64,000 nucleotides of DNA. It comes from Patescibacteria group bacterium (GTDB lineage Bacteria > Patescibacteriota > Gracilibacteria > BD1-5 > UBA6164). The translations under genes were made by a program, and so were the position numbers. Location of the stretch: contig JAUCDK010000001.1 in assembly GCA_034675265.1 (NCBI GenBank), positions 30,358 to 94,357 on the forward strand, read 5' to 3'. The notes beneath the pieces are model-generated. The model was not told the DNA's origin. It saw only the letters and a list, made by a program, of their open reading frames with translations, and ran no database searches. The first letter of the stretch is position 1. Each line of letters starts with the position of its first letter. Shown piece after piece: positions 44,845-60,539 of this stretch.

Positions 44845-45393
44845 TTATTTTACTATCATTACAATTCCGTCATCTATATCGATAGGAATAATATTATATT
44901 TAATGTGATTATCTTCTAAATATTCCCAAAATCAAATCATTTTTTCTCTAAATTTAATCACATCATCAATTACGATAATTCATCACTCCTCAACTTTATC
45001 CCAAACCAGTTCCAAAAAATCTTTGGTTCTTCTTTTCATTCCATCAATAAATACAAAATCATAACTTTCTTCTAATGCAGGAATCACATCAAGAGCATTT
45101 CCGTTTATTGCATTTATAGTTTCTGATACTCATGCGAGTTTAAAATTTTCCAACGCAATATCATATGAAAGTTTTGAAAATTCAATAGTGGTAAGCTTTC
45201 CTCAAAGTTCTTTGAGTTCTAATGCAAAATTAATAGCACTAAATCAATTTGCTGTACCGATTTCGAGCATATTTTTTATTTTTCCAATTTTTATAAGGTC
45301 TCTCAAAAATCTTGCATTTACTTGAGATATATTGGGAATTTCATTCTCAATTCAATGTTTTTTTAAATCTTCTAAGAAAATATCAATGTTCAT
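44845..45393 (-). CDS. Class I SAM-dependent O-methyltransferase (YrrM/caffeoyl-CoA OMT-like)
   Basis: 182 aa. MLEIGTANGFSAI, FVFIDGMK, GGIIVIDDV. Confidence 0.7.
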
Positions 45394-45534
45394 TTTTTGG
45401 CTTTAATATTTAATATGATAGAATATAAAAATAAAAAAAAAGAAGTCAAGCTTTAAAATATGTGAAAAAATTTGCTTTTTTAAAGAATTTTCATTATAAT
45501 ATAGCTGTTTTATTTATCTAATTAATATTAAATT

Positions 45535-45903
45535 ATGGATGCAATTAAAAAAACTTCTTATGGAGTAGCTGGTGTAGTACTTAGCTCAATGGCTAGTCTC
45601 AGCGCATTTGCTCAATCAGATACTACATTTTGAGTGAACAAAGCGTCGACTACTGGTCAAAATTTAGAAAATAGACCACTTTCAGAAGCAGTTCAATATT
45701 ATGTTAACTTTTTAATGACTTTCTTATATTTAATTGCTGTATTATACGCATTATGGGGAGGATTTTTAATCTTAACTGCTGGTGGTGAAGATGATAAAGT
45801 AACAAAAGGGAAAACTATTTTGATTCAATGAGGTCTTTGATTACTCGTTATCTGGTTAGCAGGAACAATTGTAAAATGGATTCTATCAGTTTTGGTTGCA
45901 TAA
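45535..45903 (+). CDS. TrbC/VirB2-like small pilin
   Basis: 122 aa. Signal peptide ending SLSAFA, then two hydrophobic helices VNFLMTFLYLIAVLYALWGGFLILTAGG and GGLGLLVIWLAGTIVKWILSVLVA. Confidence 0.45.
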
Positions 45904-45915
45904 TAATAATCAAAC

Positions 45916-45953
45916 AAAAAAAATACTTTGGAAATCTCCAAAGTATTTTTTTG
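45916..45953. terminator. Bidirectional intrinsic terminator
   Basis: tactttgg-aaatct-ccaaagta with flanking A8 and T7. Confidence 0.7.
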
Positions 45954-45956
45954 TTT

Positions 45957-46184
45957 TTAAAAGTTTTCATCTTCGTATTCATCTTCTTTTCTTGCTTGAG
46001 TAATTCCACATATTCAAAATCCAGCAAGAAATCAAAGTCATAATGAATAAAGAATGATAAGAGAACTTGCTTTTGGACCAAATGGACTATAAAGAGTGTA
46101 AGAGAAAATCGTATTTTGAAAATAAAGTATAAGTCATCCTACCACTCAAAGAGAAATAAGGACAAAATAAATGTTTTTTGACAT
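45957..46184 (-). CDS. Small membrane protein (75 aa)
   Basis: MSKNIYFVLISLGVVGGLILYFQNTIFSYTLYSPFGPKASSLIILYSLGLGFLAGFGICGITQARKEDEYEDENF. Confidence 0.5.
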
Positions 46185-46312
46185 AATTTTAAATTTAAAG
46201 CTAAAATTTGTACTATTATAAAAACAATTTTCAATTTTCAAAATAAAAAATTAGAATTTTTAGCACTTTTGAGTATAATCCCCATAAATTTTAGTTTTTA
46301 AATGTTTTTTGT

Positions 46313-48976
<2,664 letters not shown>

Positions 48977-48978
48977 TA

Positions 48979-49006
48979 AAAAAACAGACGAAAGTCTGTT
49001 TTTTAT
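48979..49006. terminator. Bidirectional intrinsic terminator
   Basis: aacagac-gaaa-gtctgtt with flanking A- and T-runs. Confidence 0.65.
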
Positions 49007-49007
49007 T

Positions 49008-50375
49008 TTAAAATCAAGCAATTTTTGTTTGTTGAAAAATTTCTTCTTCACTTAATGCACGATTGTAAATTTTTACATCATCAATTGTTCATTTATAAGA
49101 CCAGTTTCCACTTTCTCTGGCTCAAAGATTGAGAGGATAATTTGAAATAACTCATGAAATTTTTTTTCTAAATAAATCATTTACATTTCCTTGTTTTTCT
49201 CCATTAATATAGAGAGATATTTCTTTATATCCATCTTTTGAATAACTTAATGTAATAGCAATCATTTTCCAAACTCACATATTTGAGGGGGTATTTGATC
49301 TCATAATTGAGTAATTTCCAGGAGTCATCAAGTATGAACCAGAAGTAAAACATCCTTTATTAAAATTTGTATTAGAATAATCAGAATCACCTATAGCAAA
49401 CGCTCAGCTATGAGTATTTATATCTGAACTACTTTCTAAAACAGTTTCTCAATAAAGATTTGTTTGTTCTATATTTTCTGGACATGTTTTTTCTGAATTT
49501 ATAACAATAAGTACACTAAATTCTTGTGAGTTTTTAAAATCAAGATTTTTATTTGTATGAATAAGTGAATATTGAGAAATGGTTTCGAGTCCAGTTCCTG
49601 AAAAATAATATCATTTTCCAATATGGCTTCATGTTGATGTTGGCAAAATATTTCCACTGAAAGTTCAATTATTTTCATTTCCACTTAAATCTTTGAGTAA
49701 ATTTCAAGTGAGTGTTTCCATATCCCAATATCCAACCAGAGAATTATCGTAATTTTTTAAAATCATTTCAGATTTTCTTTCTCTACATTCATTTAGATTA
49801 TTATTTCCATTATCCATAACAAAACAAACATCAGGAGAAAATATTCAAGAATTAGTAAGTGCTTGATTTTCAACAACAATTAAACTTGGAAGAGTTGGGT
49901 CAAATCTATAGTTTCATTTTACGATAGAGGATTGAGAACTTGCAGAAGCTTGAGGAATAAAGCTTAATTCACTATTTTCAGAATTGATTCAAACTTGATA
50001 ATATTTGTTTGCATTTCAAAAAGTAGAATAGACATAATTTGTTTTATCTTTTGGGTCAAGAGGAATATGAGAAAGATCAATGATTTTCACAACATTTTCT
50101 CAAATAATTCCTTGGTTGATTTGAGATGGTCAATCAGTTCATCAAGTGTAAGTTTTTGCTTCATCAGGAGTAGGGAATTGAGAAGTTTTGAGAGAGAAAA
50201 ATTCTAGTCCGGTTTCAATATTTTTTATGGTAGAAAGCCTGTTACTATCTCTAGCATTTCAAGAATAATTTTGAAAAGAAATAAAAGCAATAGCAGCAAG
50301 AATAGCTAAAATAGTGATAACAATAATCAGTTCTACAAGCGTAAAACCTTTGAAATAATGTTTTGCATTTTTCAT
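49008..50375 (-). CDS. Type IV pilin-like protein with C-terminal LamG/concanavalin-like domain
   Basis: 455 aa. FKGFTLVELIIVITILAILAAIAF prepilin signal. The C-terminus ends GTIDDVKIYNRALSEEEI, the typical LamG-domain tail. Frame fully checked. Confidence 0.7.
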
Positions 50376-50527
50376 GATAAAAAACATTTAGAAAATTAAA
50401 CTTTGAGACTAAAACATAGATTTTTTATAAATTTTAAATTTTAAGCACACGATATTTTATCAGATTCATATATTTTTGCAAATTTTATACAAATAAAAAG
50501 ATTATGAAAACTCATAATCTTTTTATT

Positions 50528-52528
50528 TTAAAACATACTTTTTAATGTAGATTTTATTTTATTTAAAAATCATTTTTCTATGATATCAATTCCAAGACCA
50601 TAATTACTGTCAGCAATTTTTTCATAATCTTTTTTGAGGGATTCTAAATCACTTTGTGGGATTTCAATATTTGAAATTGGATTATAGTCTATATAAGCAC
50701 TTCCACCATTTTGTTTAATATCTTTTTTTATAGAATAGGTAAAATATTTATTTTTTATTTCACATTCTTGTTTGGTATATTTTTCGTTTACATCAATATT
50801 TTCATCAGTGTAGAGATGAATATCATATTTTTCTTTTTCAAAATTATGCCAATATAAAAAATCTTTGTGATTATAATCTTGAATATTTTTTAATATTCCT
50901 CAATTGAAAAACATCAGAAATCTTTTTCCTTGTTTATCAGTAAAATATACATTTTCTACTTCAGAAGTATATTCTATAGAAAATTCATTTTTTTTCGTAT
51001 CATCAGAAATAATTTGTATTTGAGCATTTTTAAAAATATTTCTTAAATCGTCTCTTTCTGTATTGTTATGATAGTTGAGTGCATAAAATAAATAATTATT
51101 CCGTCCATCAATAATTTCTCTTTTATTTGTATTTTTAAAATATTTTCTTGTGTCATTGGCTCTGTTAAAACGATAGGTAGTAAAAACTTTTATTTTTCCT
51201 AGAGCATTTTCAACATCAATATTTACTTTTTGTTCAACTGAATAGTTTGGGAATTCAAAGCTTGGACGAACCTCTAAAGTTTGATTTCTTTTGAGTGCAA
51301 AATAATATAAGAATCCATCAAAATCACGATTTTCTAAATGTCCGTATCCATCTCTAATTGTTGGATCAATAAAATAATCTTTATTATCAAAAGTTATTTT
51401 TACAATCGCATGATTAAATGATAGAAGCGAAGGAAGATAATGAGTCATATAAATATCAGCTTGAAAATTTACCAATATTATATCACATGGTACTTCAAGA
51501 TAATCTAAAATAATTTTTAATAATGCTGATTTTGCTTTACAATCACCTTGTTTATTTTCAAAAGTAACTTTTGGTGATTGAGGAATATGATCATGCATTT
51601 CATTTGCATTGTAAATATATTGAATTTGATTTTGAATATATTCTATTGCAAATGCAATTTGATCCTTTTTGTTTTCAAATTTATTGAGTTCTTCAATAAA
51701 ATCTGGTGCAAAATCGGTAAGTTTATTTTCTTCCATTACATTTTCAATGTACGGAGCAATAAAATTTGAAAGTGAATTCCAATCAGCTTGAGTAGAAAAA
51801 TCAAAATATGGATATTCCTCTCTTTTGGTATCAACATTATTATAATATTGTGTCCATTCAATGTGATAATTTGAGTTTGGCATAATTACTCAAATTTCAG
51901 AAGGGAGGCGATTTCCGTTTTCATCTCTAAAGAAATTTTTTTTGTATGAAATAGGAGTATTTCTATTATTAATAATTTCTATATCGTACTGTGCATATGC
52001 CCAGTATACGTTTGGTGTAATAAGAATATTTCTATAAAAAGCTTTTCTTAAAATATCTTTTGATGTAAAGGTTTTTGTTCTTGTATCTTCAATAATAATA
52101 ATATCATACAGTCTTAAATCTTTTATGGTAATATTTATTTTTTTGAAGTTATTAATTACTCATCATCCACTTTGGTCTTCATTATCAATAATTTTAAAAG
52201 TAGTGTCAGGAATTTTATCTATTAATTCTCCATTTCTGAAAACTGAGATGCGATGTACGAAATACATTTCATTTTCTTCTAAAATTTGTTCCGATACCGA
52301 AGCTCCTTTTAATGTATCTGGTTGATTGAGGCTATATGCCATAAGTAAATAATCAGAGTTTTCAGTTTCAGAAGTGTAAAAAGATTTTTTTAAATAATAA
52401 CAAAAATCTTTTCATTGATCAATTTGCTTTTCTGAAAAAGCGCTATCAACTAATTTTTCACTTAATTCTAAATCATTTATAGTATTTACCCAAGAGGCAG
52501 GAGGTTGTATTTTGTATTTATCGTCCAT
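50528..52528 (-). CDS. Transglutaminase-like cysteine protease-fold protein (DUF3857 / TGase core / DUF3858-like layout)
   Basis: 666 aa. Putative Cys-His-Asp triad QGDCKAKS, FNHAIVKI, FIDPT. Only about 6 of 22 Gly are TGA. Contains the 327-aa TGA-free track ORF 50900-51883. Confidence 0.6.
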
Positions 52529-52664
52529 TTTTTATAAATTAAATATTTAAACAGCAAAAGTATATATGGAATTATTTATTATGCAAGAAAAAACATGAAA
52601 CACAAAAAACTACTTTCCAAAAATGATTTTTTCAATATACTAGAGGAAAATTTAATAATTATTT

Positions 52665-53719
<1,055 letters not shown>

Positions 53720-53720
<1 letters not shown>

Positions 53721-53753
53721 AAAAATAATCTCCTGTAAGGAGATTATTTTTTT
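53720..53753. terminator. Bidirectional intrinsic terminator
   Basis: aatctcct-gta-aggagatt with flanking A- and T-runs. Confidence 0.7.
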
Positions 53754-56469
53754 ATTTTAAAAATTTTTTTAAATTTCAAACTTCAGTTGAGATAATTTTT
53801 AGTGCAAGTTGTCTTTTTGATTCTCATTTTTTTGAGCTTTCATATTGGTATAATCCAACAAGAATCAGATTTATTGTTTTTTTGATTTCTTCTTCTTTTC
53901 CTTGATTTTTTTCAAGATTTACCAATTTTTGAGCAAGTGTATTAAAATTTTTATTTAATTGAATCATTCCACTTGTTTTAAAATTGAGAGTGTTGATAGT
54001 AACTTCTTTTTTTCAGTTGGTGGTAGTTTCTGTTTTTGTTTCTGAAGTTACTGTATCATTTTTAGGTGTTTCATTTTCTTTTACTGGAGGGAAAACTTCA
54101 GAAGTTTTGAGATATGTATTACAATTAGTTTTATTTGAGTCACTATCGATACAATTTATTTTTTGATTGAGTGTAATTTCTATGGTATTTGCTACAAAAT
54201 TATGAAAACTTTTTCCAGAAAAAACTTCTCCAGAAATTTTTGAAAGAATAGTTGCATCTTGAGAAAGTTCAAGGGTATATTTTCATTCTTGAGTAAATGC
54301 AGAAGATTTTAATAACTCTGCAGATATTTCATTGGCAGATTTTTCTATAAAAATATCTTTAAAAATAATTTTTCCATCTTTATTAATACTGTTTGGCCCA
54401 TATTTATCTTTTCAAATATTGAGTTGAAAAGTTCCTAAATTATCACTACTTTTATAGTTATTTACTTGGAAAACAAGTTGTTTGATAATCATATCATCAA
54501 TAACATTTATGAGAGAAAAATTATAAAGTGCTTGTTTTAATGTTTCATTATCATCTGTTGAAAAAGGCGTGTTAGTATTCGTTTGGTAATGAAAAGTTAC
54601 TTCTTTTTTATCACTTGGTTTTGAAAGAATGAAATCAATTTTATTTGATTTTTGTCCATCTTTATTCGTGATAATAAGAGATTGTACTCCATAGTTTTGC
54701 ATTTCTGGCATAATGAAGTAAGCATTTTGTTGAGGTTGAAATACTAATTCTGTTTTTACTCAACCGATTTCAACTATATTTCCATAATCAAATCATCTTC
54801 ATAATACTTCTACTTTTGTTTGTGGTTTTAGCACCTCATTTTGATTTGAAGGTTGTATTTTTTCTATAACAGGAGCTCATTTAAATTGAAGAGTTTTTCA
54901 TACTTGACTTGCTTGAAATTCAAAAGTAGTACTTTGTCCATATTTGGTAATAGTAATAGTACTTTTGGCTTCTGGATTAAAATCAAGAGGAAGGAGTCAT
55001 GAAATAGTATTTGAACCTTGACTGAAATCTAGTTTATCAGATTCTTTGGCAAAGAAATTTGTGGCAGTTACTGTTGCTCATTCAAAATTTCCACCAGTAA
55101 TAGTTACACGAGTTCAAGATTTTAAATCTCAAGCAAATTTTACATCACTGATATATGGTGTATTTTCAAATACTTTATCAAAATATATTTTTGTTGGATT
55201 TATTATATCTCATCTTCAAACAGTAAAATATCATTTTAAAGTTCCTGCTCAAAGTGAAACTTTACAAGTATTAAATACACATTCTTTAATACTTACTTTA
55301 CTTCATCACAAGTAAATGCTATCAGTAGTTTGATTAAATCCATCTAATGAAAGTGAAAAATCTCTATTTCAACTTGTATCAAGTGCACCAACACTTACAG
55401 CCCCAATACTAGGAAGTGAAATGTGAGATGCTTGATAAGAATACACTTTACTTACTTTATTACTTACAATAAATGAAAGAATATTTTCTCCTGGTTGAAG
55501 TGTATAATCATTTACAGTAAAAATATTTCATTCTTGGCTTGAAATAGAAACTATTTTCCCATTGAGTTCTATTTTATTTTCACTTTGAGTTTCAGAATAA
55601 TTTTTTACTCTTACATAGAGTTGTTTTTTTCCTGAGGTATTTCCTTCAATAGTTCTTTCTCATACTTCGGTGATTTCTGGTCTTTCTCAAGTTATATTTA
55701 TATCAAGAGTATTTGATTTTATTCCTTGAGATAGTACATATATTTTTTTACTTCCGATATCATTTGGCAGTACGAAGCTTAATGTCCCATCAGCATTTTT
55801 TGTTCCTGATGTTTCAGAAGTTCCTACATGAATAGAAGTATCTTGAGCCGTTGTTAAATTATCTCCAAAAATAGTTACATTTGTACCTTTTATAAAACCA
55901 CTTTCTGAGAAAATAAATTTTATTTTTGGGATTTTAATTCATAAATCAAAAACATTTGATTTTAAACCATTTCTTTCTATATAAATACCACTGCTTGTTA
56001 AATTTTCCGGAAGATCTCCACTAATGACATCATCATTTCTTACTTTTGCTTGAAAACTTCCTCATTCAACAATAATGTTTGGACTATCAGTAAATCATTT
56101 TCCCGAAATGGTAATACTTCTTTCTGATCATTTTGATGTTTGAAATGTAATATTTGAAATGTAGGGAAATGAATAATAAAAATTTATGTCTTTCCCATCA
56201 CAAGTGAGTCAAAGACTTCCAGAATACTCTTTTGAATCAGAAAAATTATAACTGAGAGATTGAGCACTTTTATTTTTTATTTCAATATTTTTTCCTGCTA
56301 CTTTTAAAGTAGTACAATTTTCAAGATCAGTTCATTTTATTTCAATAATACTTTCATTAGAAATATTTCCTGTATATCAAATAGAGCTTACCGTTGCTTC
56401 TTTTGCTCATAGTGTCACAAAAGGAACTAAAAGAGCTATTCATCCAAGTAAAAACGATTTTTTTCTCAT
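53752..56469 (-). CDS. Large secreted protein with repeated Ig-like (IPT/TIG-like) domains
   Basis: 905 aa. Signal peptide MRKKSFLLGGIALLVPFVTLGA. Repeated about 85-aa units of the form P.I..(V/I)....G..(V/I)TI.G.NF. All 46 lines checked free of TAA/TAG in frame. Confidence 0.45.
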
Positions 56470-56571
56470 AAAAAATATATTAAAAAATAATAAATTTATT
56501 TTATAAAAAAAAGAGTATATTTCAAAAAATAAACTCTTTACTATAAACAAATCATTATTCATAATAACATT

Positions 56572-57246
56572 TTATAAACTCCAATTGATTTCTTTTTTTC
56601 ATATATTTTTTAAGATTTGATTGGTTTTTGAAAAAGGTTTGCTCCCAAAAAATCAGTTATATGCTGAAAAAGGAGAGGGATGAGCTGATTCAACAATAAA
56701 ATGTTTATTTGTATCTATAAGATTTTTTTTACTTCTTGCAAAATTTCACCAAAGTATAAATACAACTCAAGAAGTATTTTGTGAAATAGATTTTATAATA
56801 TTATCACTAAAAATTTCCCAACCTATTTTTGAATGACTGGCAGGAAGTCAGGCTTTTACTGTTAAAATAGCATTGAGAAGCAATACTCATTCACCGCACC
56901 ATTTTTCTAAATTTCCACTTTTTGGAATTTTAAATCCAATATCATCGTGAAGTTCTTTGTAAATATTTTTTAAACTTGGTGGAGATTTGATCCCGTCTTG
57001 TACAGAAAAACTCAGTCAGTGAGCTTGATCTGGACCATGATATGGATCTTGTCATAAAATTACAACTTTAAGTTCCGAAAGAGGAGTTTTTTCAAAAGCA
57101 GCTAAAACTTTATCAAGAGGAGGATAAATAGTTTCTCCCGCATTTATATCATCTACAATTATTTTTTTGATATTTTGATAATATTCTTGAGAAAATTCAT
57201 TTTGTAAAATATCATTCCAACTTGGATGAATATTTGGTAGAATCAT
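56572..57246 (-). CDS. ung: Uracil-DNA glycosylase, family 1
   Basis: 224 aa. [18 protein letters not shown] and [10 protein letters not shown] motifs. Confidence 0.9.
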
Positions 57247-57304
57247 AGGGAAGGATTAGGAAATATTTTTTGTTATTATATAAAAAAAGAGAAAAAATAA
57301 AATT

Positions 57305-58366
57305 TTATTCATTTAAAATATTATGAATTTCTTTTATAATTTTTGTTTGTTCATTGAGAAGAATATAATGATCTCCATTTTCAAAAATAAGAGTTTGTAG
57401 CTTCGGAAAACTTTTTTGAACTTTCAGAAAATAATCATAAGCAACAGCCTTATCTTTCATTCCATGAATCACATAAAAAGATTTTTCTTGGGCATTTTCT
57501 TGAAAAAAATTATTTTCTATAATATCAGACTCCATAACTCAAGAAATAAATACAATTTTGGTAAAAATATTATTTTCATCATAAGCAACAGCTCTTGAAA
57601 GACCAGTTCATCCATTTGATACTTAAATCAAAGTAACTTTTGTATTTGGAAGAATATTTCATTTTTCTATTAAATCATAATATGTTTTATAAATAAGTTC
57701 AACTCCACCACTTTCATACCAATTTCCCCATCAAAAAATAGGAGTTACTATTTGAGTTTGGTGAGCATCTCAAAATTGTTTAAAAAATTTTTGGTAAAAT
57801 AAAAATCATCCAGCACTTCCGTTAAGTACCATTATAAGTTCATCTTTTTTTGAAGATTTGGGAGTGTAGAGAATATATTTTTGTTCTTTTTTATTTATGA
57901 GAGCATTTGGGATTTGACTCGGAAGATTGATTTCAATATTTTTTTCATATTCATAGAGTTTTTTTACAAAAGAATCTATTTCAGAGTTGCTTATTTCTAA
58001 AATCCAGGCAAATTTTATTCCAACTGAAAGGAGTTCTTTTTCTTGGATAATATTTAAAATATTGTAATTATATTTTTCAGAAGAAAGAGAAACGAGTTTA
58101 AAATTTCAAGAAATTGCATTATTTTGTTGAAATCAAAAAGGGAGAAGAGAGATAATAAATATTCCTAAAAAAATTAAATATTTTTTGTTTACTTTTCCTT
58201 TTATGATAAAAATAAATGGAGTTGTGAGTATTAAAAGCAAACAAACTGAAAATAAAAAGGTAAGAAGAGTTTGAGATGATAATAATAATCAAAAACTTCC
58301 AACTATAAATGCTATGGAAATAGCAAGATAATATATGCAAAAAATTATTTTTTGAGGAGAGATCAT
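57305..58366 (-). pseudogene. Membrane-anchored alpha/beta hydrolase interrupted by one in-frame TAA at the GxSxG glycine
   Basis: One frame throughout. ...TKVTLI-TAA(57623-57625)-VSNGGTGLS, then HGMKD and NGDHY (Ser/Asp/His triad). N-terminal TM helices. Confidence 0.65.
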
Positions 58367-58385
58367 AGTTTTACTTCTTAATTAT

Positions 58386-58420
58386 AAAAAATGGAAAAAC
58401 ATATATGTTTTTCCATTTTA
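58386..58420 (-). terminator. Intrinsic terminator after the ABC-F gene
   Basis: Perfect 26-nt palindrome atggaaaaacata/tatgtttttccat with a T-run on the minus strand. Confidence 0.7.
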
Positions 58421-58422
58421 TT

Positions 58423-59874
58423 TTAATCTAAATCTAAGTATTGGTCAATTCTAATTTGCCAAACAAATTCATCGATATGTGAAACCAAAATCATTCCTCA
58501 TTCAAAAGCATCAAGTGCTTGTGCAATTACAGGAATATGTCTAAAGTTGATATGATTGGTTGGTTCATCAAGAATTAAAATTCCAGGTTTTAAAAATACA
58601 AGTCTACAAAATGCAACGAGTCCTTTCATTCATTCTGATAATACTCCAATTTGAGATTTCATAATTTCTCCGTTGATTAAAAATCAAGCAGCAACACTTC
58701 TAAGTTCTTGTTCTTCCATATCTGGACCAGCAGCATTTCTTAAACAATCATATACTGTTTGAGAAAAATCTAGGTTTGAGAAATCTTGTCTATAATATCA
58801 AATTTTTACTCATGGAGTTACTTGAACTCAGTCTTCTTGACCATTTACAATTTTTTCAAGAAGAGTAGATTTTCAAATTCCATTTGGTCCACTTAAAAGA
58901 ATATGATCATCTTTTCTTAAATCAACTTCAATATCTTTTACAGTGAGTTCATCATTTTTTATGATATGAACACTTCTAATTTTTAAAAGTACTCAACCAA
59001 TATCATCTTGAAGAGGAATTTTAAATTCTCTAATCGTTTTATCTTCTTTTCTAGTATCAACAATATCATCTTCCATTTCGTCTGCTGCTTCTCTCATTTT
59101 TTTCGCAACAGCTCTTAGTTTTCATCATTTATGAGCAAACACTTCAGCTTGTTCTTTTTTTGCTTGTGCTTCTTTTGCAAGACGAGCATTTGCCATGTTA
59201 TCTTTTTCAATTTTTCTTTTAATTTGTTCTACTACATCATTATAATCTCAAACAAATTGTTCAGTTGTTTTTGTGTGAGAATCAAGATAAATAACTCAAT
59301 CGGTAAAGCTATTTAAAAATTCAGCGTCATGGGAAATAACAATAACAGTTTTTTTATAATTTTGTAAAAATGTTGTTAAATGCCAAATTCACTCTTTATC
59401 AAGATTGTTTGTTGGTTCATCAAGTAAAAGAATATCTGGGTTTTGAATTAAAGCTCCAGCAAGAAGAAGTCTTGCTTGTTGTCCTCCTGAAAAAGCAGAG
59501 ATTTTTTTCTCTAAAGGAGCTTTTAAATTTACAACATCAAGAATTTCTTTTATATCTCTATCAATATTGAATTGAGTTTTGTCAGGATGATATTTTCTGA
59601 AAAATTCTCAAACGCTTAATTCTTTATCTTCTGGAAGCATTACTTGATATCCAGTTGCAATAGTTGCATTTTGAGCAATATTTATAATTCATGAAAGTTT
59701 TTGATTGCTTCCATTTATAAGCTTGAAAATAGTTGATTTTCCAGCTCCGTTTTGTCCCATTAAAGTAATTTTAGATCCAGCTCTTACACTGAAAGTTACA
59801 TCTTCTAAAATAGGTTTTCTATGGTCATAATTAAATTCTACTCATTTAAAACTTATGACTGTTTCATTTGCCAT
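58423..59874 (-). CDS. ABC-F family ATPase (two ABC cassettes, no TM domain)
   Basis: 483 aa. [32 protein letters not shown]; charged linker; [33 protein letters not shown]. Confidence 0.85.
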
Positions 59875-59945
59875 TTTTTCATACTTAAAAATTAAATCAC
59901 ATTTATTATATGAAAAGTGAGCAAAATGCAAATTTTATGATTTTG

Positions 59946-59977
59946 TTGACAAATATCTATTTTATTTATAGTATAAT
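59946..59977 (+). promoter_or_regulatory. Near-consensus sigma70 promoter (TTGACA-17-TAGTAT, overlapping TATAAT)
   Basis: TTGACA 59946-59951; tagtataat 59969-59977. Confidence 0.5.
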
Positions 59978-60001
59978 TACTTTGTTATTTTGGAGGTCCT
60001 T

Positions 60002-60466
60002 ATGTCAGGAACTGTTGAAATAATTGAAGATGAAGATGGATACACTCCATTGGATGAAGAAACTCGTGAAAGGTTAGAACTACTTGGAATATCAATTAGT
60101 TTTGACTTTTTACATAATGAATTATCTTTTCACTTTGGAGAGGAGGAATGTGCACTCTTTGATTTTGAAGATTTTATAATTCAAGAAATAGAGAAGGAGA
60201 CATTTGAACAGAGCTATCTTGCTTCTTCTGAAGAAATTCCGGAGGGGCTCGAAGAAACTTTGGAAATCCTTCAAGAACATATTGATACCAATATCTATAT
60301 TTTTGGAGAAGGCTGGTATAGGTATTTGGCAATTCAATTATATAACTGCTATATTGTTATCGGGAAACTGGTAATTGATATAGAAGATATACCTCCAGAT
60401 GATGATCCTGATGGAGGTGAACCGATTCCAATCCCCGAGAGGGGATTTTTTTTGTCACCTTTTTGA
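60002..60466 (+). CDS. Highly acidic 154-aa protein, TGA-free, strong Shine-Dalgarno
   Basis: ggagg SD. MSGTVEIIEDEDGYTPLDEETRERLELLGISISFDF...DIEDIPPDDDPDGGEPIPIPERGFFLSPF. Higher GC than the flanks. A cccc-gaga-gggg plus T8 hairpin lies at 60433-60453, just before the stop. Confidence 0.6.
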   Translation: MSGTVEIIEDEDGYTPLDEETRERLELLGISISFDFLHNELSFHFGEEECALFDFEDFIIQEIEKETFEQSYLASSEEIPEGLEETLEILQEHIDTNIYIFGEGWYRYLAIQLYNCYIVIGKLVIDIEDIPPDDDPDGGEPIPIPERGFFLSPF

Positions 60467-60484
60467 TGTTTTCCAGTTTTTATA

Positions 60485-60512
60485 TTGATTTAGGGAAAAT
60501 AAAACCTATAAT
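60485..60512 (+). promoter_or_regulatory. Sigma70-like promoter (TTGATT-16-TATAAT) for the A2M-like gene
   Basis: tatATTGATTt at 60481-60491; TATAAT at 60507-60512. Confidence 0.5.
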
Positions 60513-60539
60513 ATATACATTATTTTTTAATAATTTTTT

